Shown here: positions 27,226 through 32,000 of the stretch, one piece after another | Position numbering within the stretch: position 1 is the stretch's first letter | How the letters are laid out: each line of letters starts with the position of its first letter | DNA from: Rickettsiaceae bacterium | GTDB lineage: Bacteria > Pseudomonadota > Alphaproteobacteria > Rickettsiales > Rickettsiaceae | Length of the DNA stretch: 32,000 bases | Assembly: GCA_023301685.1 (NCBI GenBank) | Contig: JALZUG010000012.1 | Coordinates: 44,426-76,425 of the forward strand | Reading direction: 5' to 3' | Program-made: the position numbers and the translations under genes | Notes under the pieces: generated by a model | Databases searched by the model: none | Told to the model about the DNA's origin: nothing | What the model saw: the letters and a program-made list of their open reading frames with translations, nothing else

Positions 27226-29202
27226 TTATATTTTTATAACTCCTAAAATTGAACTTGCAATTGAGTCTACATTTAAACCAAAATGCTTAAATAAATCTTT
27301 TGCTGGAGCGGATGCGCCGAACGAATCCATGCCAAAAAACAGCCCTTCAGAACCAATTATCTTATGCCAACCAAACTCACTTGCAGCTTCAATTGCAACT
27401 GATAATTTAGCATTTCCTTTTAAACCATTTTTATACTCAAAATCTTGTGATTCAAGCAGTTCAAAGCACGGTACAGAAATAACTCTTGCAGACAATCCAT
27501 CACCTTCCAAAATCTTCTGCACATCTACTGCTATACTAACTTCAGACCCACTTGCGAAAAGAGCAACATCAACTTTGCTTGCATCACTTGCTTCGCTAAT
27601 AACATAAGCTCCTCTTGATGACAGATTATTACTTTCTTTTTGTCTTAATTGCGGAAGGGATTGCCGAGACAAAACCATCATAGATGGCTTCTGTTTACTC
27701 TCCAATGCTAACTCATAACATTCGTGCACTTCACAAAAATCAGCTGGACGAAATACATTTATATTTGGCATCGCTCTAAATGACGCTAAATGCTCTATCG
27801 GCTGATGCGTTGGCCCATCTTCCCCTACCCCTATTGAATCATGCGTCATGACATAAATTACTGGTAATTTCATAAGGGCTGATAATCTGATTGAAGGACG
27901 CATATAATCTGAAAAAACAAAAAATGTTCCGCCAATTGGAGCAAAACCAGATATTGCAAGACCATTCATAATAGCTGACATTGCATTCTCTCTGACGCCA
28001 TAGTAAATAAAGTTCCCTGAAAAATCATCTCTTGTAATTGGGACACATACAGAATTTTTAAGACCATTTGAGCCAGCAAGATCGGCAGAGCCAATTATTA
28101 ACTTCTCTTCTGACTTTAGCATAGTCTCAATCACTCTACCAGACGAGACTCTAGTAGCTTCCGAAGCAGCAATATCTTCTATATCAGATGGTACTTGCAA
28201 CTGAGGCGCTTTCATATATTCTTTTTTATTGTCAGGTAGACTCTTAAAATTTTCTTGCCAAAGCCTATACTCGCTTTCATCTTTTTGCCAAGCAGTTTCC
28301 CATAATGACTTCATATCTTGATCAAGATCGAATGCTTCAGATGATTTTGCAATCTTTGTCTTTAAAAATTCTAATTCTTCTTGTCCAAGTGGAGCACCAT
28401 GAGATTTTTCAGATCCTTCTTTTACATTTGCACCTTTACCAATTACTGTTCTACACGATATAAAGCAAGGTTTTTTCGATTTCTTAGCCTCAGACAAAAC
28501 ATTTGATAAATCCCCGTCATCATATCCATTTGCTGTAAATGTTTCAAACCCCATTGACTCAAATTTCCTAATATGGTCCTCAGACACTGTCAAATCTGTC
28601 TTACCATCAATCGAAATTCCATTATCATCAAATAAAATTATAAGATTATCTAGCTGCAAATGCCCAGCCATAGATGCAGCTTCGTACGAAATGCCCTCCA
28701 TCAAGCAACCATCCCCAACAATTACATATACATTATAATTACAAATTTTTGACCCAAGCTTATCTTCATATTTTTTTTGTGCAATTGCCATTCCTACAGC
28801 GCTTGCAAGCCCCTGACCTAATGGCCCAGTCGAAGTCTCTATAGCGTCAAAAAGTTCTATCTCAGGATGACCTGCTGTTTTTGAACCAAGCTGCCTAAAG
28901 TTCTTTATATCATCAAGACTAAAATCCTTATAGCCAGTTAAGTAAAAGAAAGAATATAACAACATTGAACCATGTCCTGCAGATAAAACTAATCTATCTC
29001 GATTAAACCACTTTGGATCATTTGGATTAAATCTTAAAAACTTAAAAGCTAAAACAGTCATAACTTGTGAAAACCCTAAAGGCATTCCAGGATGACCTGA
29101 TTTAGCAGCTTCTACAGCATCTGCAGACAAAATCTTTATGCAATCACTAAGTTTTTCAAAGGAATAGTTTTGATTTTTTGCAGAGTTCATTATAATGTCC
29201 AT
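27226..29202 (-). CDS. tkt: Transketolase
   Basis: 658 aa with SGHPGMPLG, DRLVLSAGHGSMLLYS, the ThDP motif GDGCLMEGISYEA...L..LI.LFDDN.ISIDG, and GVGEDGPTHQPIEHLASFRAMPN. Confidence 0.95.
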   Translation of the reverse strand: MDIIMNSAKNQNYSFEKLSDCIKILSADAVEAAKSGHPGMPLGFSQVMTVLAFKFLRFNPNDPKWFNRDRLVLSAGHGSMLLYSFFYLTGYKDFSLDDIKNFRQLGSKTAGHPEIELFDAIETSTGPLGQGLASAVGMAIAQKKYEDKLGSKICNYNVYVIVGDGCLMEGISYEAASMAGHLQLDNLIILFDDNGISIDGKTDLTVSEDHIRKFESMGFETFTANGYDDGDLSNVLSEAKKSKKPCFISCRTVIGKGANVKEGSEKSHGAPLGQEELEFLKTKIAKSSEAFDLDQDMKSLWETAWQKDESEYRLWQENFKSLPDNKKEYMKAPQLQVPSDIEDIAASEATRVSSGRVIETMLKSEEKLIIGSADLAGSNGLKNSVCVPITRDDFSGNFIYYGVRENAMSAIMNGLAISGFAPIGGTFFVFSDYMRPSIRLSALMKLPVIYVMTHDSIGVGEDGPTHQPIEHLASFRAMPNINVFRPADFCEVHECYELALESKQKPSMMVLSRQSLPQLRQKESNNLSSRGAYVISEASDASKVDVALFASGSEVSIAVDVQKILEGDGLSARVISVPCFELLESQDFEYKNGLKGNAKLSVAIEAASEFGWHKIIGSEGLFFGMDSFGASAPAKDLFKHFGLNVDSIASSILGVIKI

Positions 29203-29244
29203 TACTTGTAGTTTGTAGCAGGATCTTAAACTAATTTATTCATT

Positions 29245-30126
29245 ATGACAACTCTACTTTCAAACCCATTATTTTTTATAAAAAATCTGTTTACACATTT
29301 GTGGTTATCAGTCAGTTCAATAAAATTTTATGAAAAAGTTTTTAAAAAATATAATGATTATGGTGCTTTATATATCATAAACTTGTCACTTATTTCCTCA
29401 GTTATGTGCACCATAATCTTTTTGCATAACATAGACAAAGTGCAAGACTATCTCAAAAACAATATTATCTCAGAAAAAGTTGAAAATATAGATTTTATCT
29501 TAAGACAAATTCCACCAATTGAATATGACGGTCAAAATATTTTAGTAAATTCTGATGAACCTATTTTGATCAAAAATAAAAATGGAAATAACATCCTTGC
29601 AATCGATCCAAATAATAAGACTAAACCAAGTGATAGAAGTAAATTTCCTTTGATATTATCTCAAAACAAAATGATTATTAGTCTAATAGATTCTGATGGA
29701 AAAGTAAAAAACACGTTTCCAATAAAGTTTGATCAAATCTTTGATCAAACCCCCAGAGTACTGACCCATGAAGAAATAAAATCCAGCTTTGCCAGACTAC
29801 TAGACCAGGCACCACGAGTCTTGGTTTATATGATTTTTCCATTAACTGGATTTCTCATTTTTTTAAATACTTTTTTAGATAAAGCTTTTTTCATTATCAT
29901 GATATTTCTTGTAACCAAAATCTCTGGATTTAATATCCCTATGAAAACTTGCATTAGATTAACTATGTATGCAAGCGGTTTTTATGCTTTATTCCAATTT
30001 ATCTTTATATTAGCAGCTAGTGAATATTCATCAATTGTTTGGATTGTTCAAAGCTGGGCAAACATACTCATGATTCTTGGAATATTAAGCGCTACAGGAA
30101 AAAGTTATTTTTTTAAGAAAAACTAA
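29245..30126 (+). CDS. Integral membrane protein, DUF1189-like
   Basis: 293 aa. The N-terminal pattern FFIKNLF....LSVSSIKFYEKV.K.....GALYIINLSLISS resembles the DUF1189 N-terminus as I remember it. One TM segment follows that pattern and about 4 more lie in the C-terminal third. Confidence 0.5.
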   Translation: MTTLLSNPLFFIKNLFTHLWLSVSSIKFYEKVFKKYNDYGALYIINLSLISSVMCTIIFLHNIDKVQDYLKNNIISEKVENIDFILRQIPPIEYDGQNILVNSDEPILIKNKNGNNILAIDPNNKTKPSDRSKFPLILSQNKMIISLIDSDGKVKNTFPIKFDQIFDQTPRVLTHEEIKSSFARLLDQAPRVLVYMIFPLTGFLIFLNTFLDKAFFIIMIFLVTKISGFNIPMKTCIRLTMYASGFYALFQFIFILAASEYSSIVWIVQSWANILMILGILSATGKSYFFKKN

Positions 30127-30267
30127 ATATTTTATATGCAACACTTATTTAAAAATCTCTAAAATTCAGCGCCTTAGAGGAATAATTAATAGAAATTTAA
30201 CTTTTGACTATTAGTCTTTACACCATAAGATGGAAAATTCTGTGTTAATCAATGGGGTATATTTTAC

Positions 30268-32000
30268 ATGGCTAGCAAAAGTTCTAATCAAAGCGGTGGA
30301 AGTTCAACCAACCAAGGCAACAGAGAACAATTCGATCATTTCGACAGACTATCTCAAGTTGATAAACAAAATTTAAATCACGACAAGATGAAGGCAGATG
30401 ACAAAGAAGCCGATGTCGAAGAACTACTTGCTACTGAAGATGAAGAAAGCGTTATTACTAACGAATTATATGGAGGCAGCTACACAGCACAAGACCAAGA
30501 TTTAGAACTCAGCGAAACAGAAAGAACTAGCAACGAAATACCTCCAATTGAAGAAATTGAAAGAGATAGAGATGGAACTGATCCATTAATTGAAGAAGCA
30601 GAAGAGGATCCAGAAGCTCTACCACTATTAGGCGGAGACTTAGAAATTCCAGATGTTGATAACCAAATTATTGCTCCTGATGAAGCAGGAACTAATCCAA
30701 TAAGAGGAAGCGAGCCTAATAATCCACCACCACCAGTTCAAGAAGCTTCCACTCCTGTGCAAGAAGCTCCTGAAATTCCTGTTGAGGAAGAACCAGAACC
30801 TGATCCGGAGCCAGAACCCGAACCTGATCCAGAACCGGACCCAGAACCTGATCCGGAGCCAGAACCTGACCCTGACCCTGACCCAGATCCTGATCCTGAT
30901 CCAGAACCAGAAGATCCTGATCCAAATCCAGATGATTGCACAGATCACCCTATTCCAACTCAGCTTGAAAATGGGAACTATCAGGTAATATCAGCTGCAG
31001 GCCTTACAATAGTAGTAGATTCGCTTACTTCAGAAGCTGGTTTTGATAGTTCTTTTGGCCATTATTTTGCTGACGCAAATGGCAATCCAATAGCTGGAAC
31101 TACTGCAAAACTAGATTTTTTCAATGTAAAAGACTCTCTAGGAGAAGGTCAAGAAGCTGTTATACAATACGAATCCGGAGATATTCCTGCTGGCGCAGTA
31201 CAATTAGGATTTTTTATAATTCCCAACGGTGCAAACTTAAATCAACCTCTTGTTCCAGATGGAGCGGCAATAGAATTCGTTGATGTAGGAGGTATATGGA
31301 CACCTTATTTCAACGGACAACCATTACAAGGAGCCTCATCACCTGCATTCTTTTCAGACACTAGTCTTAACCCAGATGGTGTAGACCACATGAACCATGC
31401 ACCTGGCGGACATATGGGATGGGAGGATTTATTCGGAGGTGGAGATAATGATTTTAATGACTCAGTATTAAATGTAACAGTTCAAAGTACGACTGATAAT
31501 AATGGTAGTGATGATATAATCGTTGGCTCAGCTGGTGCTGACACAATTCAAGGCGGCCAGGGAGATGATGTTGTAGCTGGTGGTAGTGGCAATGATACGT
31601 TAGCTGGAGGCGCTGGTAACGATATAATTCTAGGTAATGCCGGTGACGATTCTCTAACTGGTGGAAGCGGTCATGATATTCTAAAAGGCAGTGGTGGAGC
31701 TGACACTCTTGATGGCGAAGCGTGCGATGATCACCTATTTGGCGGCGCAGGAAGTGACTCCTTAATTGGAGGAACTGGTCACGACACAATATACGGAGGC
31801 GCAGATCAAGATACCATTACTGGTAACGAAGGGAACGACTCAATAGCAGGTGGAACTGGTGAAGATTCAATTTCTGGAAACGAAGGTAATGATACTATCG
31901 ATGGCGGCGAAAATGCTGATACAATTTCTGGTGATGCTGGCGATGATTCGGTTTTAGGCGGTGATGGAGATGACTCTCTGTCAGGTGGCACTGGAGCAGA
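30268..32000 (+). CDS. Large secreted RTX-type protein, 5' part (acidic N-terminus, (E/D)P repeat spacer, DUF4114-like domain, GGxGxD nonapeptide calcium-binding repeats); continues beyond the window
   Basis: Frame +1 is open from ATG 30268 to the window end (577 codons, translated by hand, no stop). It is absent from the ORF track because it has no in-window stop. aa 252-405 (nt 31021-31482) show LGFFIIPNG...LNPDGVDH...GWEDLFGGGDNDFNDSVLNVTV, the DUF4114 signature as I recall it. From nt ~31510 there are at least 16 consecutive repeats of the type GGQGDDVVA / GGSGNDTLA / GGAGNDIIL. Confidence 0.85.
   Translation, partial: MASKSSNQSGGSSTNQGNREQFDHFDRLSQVDKQNLNHDKMKADDKEADVEELLATEDEESVITNELYGGSYTAQDQDLELSETERTSNEIPPIEEIERDRDGTDPLIEEAEEDPEALPLLGGDLEIPDVDNQIIAPDEAGTNPIRGSEPNNPPPPVQEASTPVQEAPEIPVEEEPEPDPEPEPEPDPEPDPEPDPEPEPDPDPDPDPDPDPEPEDPDPNPDDCTDHPIPTQLENGNYQVISAAGLTIVVDSLTSEAGFDSSFGHYFADANGNPIAGTTAKLDFFNVKDSLGEGQEAVIQYESGDIPAGAVQLGFFIIPNGANLNQPLVPDGAAIEFVDVGGIWTPYFNGQPLQGASSPAFFSDTSLNPDGVDHMNHAPGGHMGWEDLFGGGDNDFNDSVLNVTVQSTTDNNGSDDIIVGSAGADTIQGGQGDDVVAGGSGNDTLAGGAGNDIILGNAGDDSLTGGSGHDILKGSGGADTLDGEACDDHLFGGAGSDSLIGGTGHDTIYGGADQDTITGNEGNDSIAGGTGEDSISGNEGNDTIDGGENADTISGDAGDDSVLGGDGDDSLSGGTGA
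30790..30930 (+). repeat. In-frame tandem CCNGAN hexanucleotide repeat encoding (E/D)-P dipeptide repeats
   Basis: Hand translation gives EPEPDPEPEPEPDPEPDPEPDPEPEPDPDPDPDPDPDPEPEDPDPNP. The opposite strand yields the artefactual (GS)n and (RI/RF/W)n ORFs listed in the track at 30640-30948. Confidence 0.9.

Noticed and set aside
30204-30231. TTGACT-N16-TAAGAT sigma70-like promoter about 36 nt upstream of the RTX gene ATG
   Set aside because: It is plausible (good -35, 4/6 match at -10) but unsupported by anything other than position. The chance-hit rate in AT-rich intergenic DNA is too high to report it as a feature.
30640-30988. Overlapping ORFs giving (GS)n, (RI/RF/W)n, QDQD and NQN-type repeat peptides (30640-30948, 30716-30925, 30738-30941 on the minus strand; 30782-30988 on the plus strand)
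   Set aside because: All are alternative-frame or antisense readings of the hexanucleotide (E/D)P repeat inside the long frame +1 RTX gene. That gene's flanking domains give a coherent protein. These are artefacts.
31454-31991. Minus-strand ORFs 31454-31789 (His/Gln/Leu/Arg-rich) and 31806-31991 (Ser/Pro-rich)
   Set aside because: They are antisense to the GGxGxD nonapeptide repeat block of the RTX gene. The periodic low-complexity translation is the mirror of the RTX repeats.

Overview
AT-rich chromosomal segment that looks like a Rickettsiaceae-type obligate intracellular alphaproteobacterium. This rests on palindromic intergenic repeats with the core GTCATTGCGAGCGAAGCGTGGCAATCCAG, which from memory resembles Rickettsia palindromic elements, and on a 1577-aa autotransporter resembling rOmpB/Sca5. 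Housekeeping content: a partial dcw cluster on the minus strand (murC-murB-ddl-ftsQ), idi, acpS, full-length spoT, rpoZ, bcp, slt, fabD and tkt. Accessory content sits between these: two large orphan proteins without signal peptides (589 aa and 764 aa), a umuDC operon, an AEC-family transporter, a eukaryote-like type II glutamine synthetase, and four tandem palindromic repeat units. At the right edge, a large acidic/XP-repeat/DUF4114-like/RTX protein is missing from the supplied ORF track because it runs off the window. The leads most worth follow-up are: (1) a UmuD homolog in which both catalytic-dyad residues are substituted while UmuC looks intact; (2) the 764-aa orphan with an hhhhDxD motif and an acidic repeat C-terminus; (3) the RTX/DUF4114-like protein; (4) the tandem palindromic-element array; (5) a three-hairpin structured region downstream of fabD. 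All homology calls come from motif recognition by eye, with no searches run.
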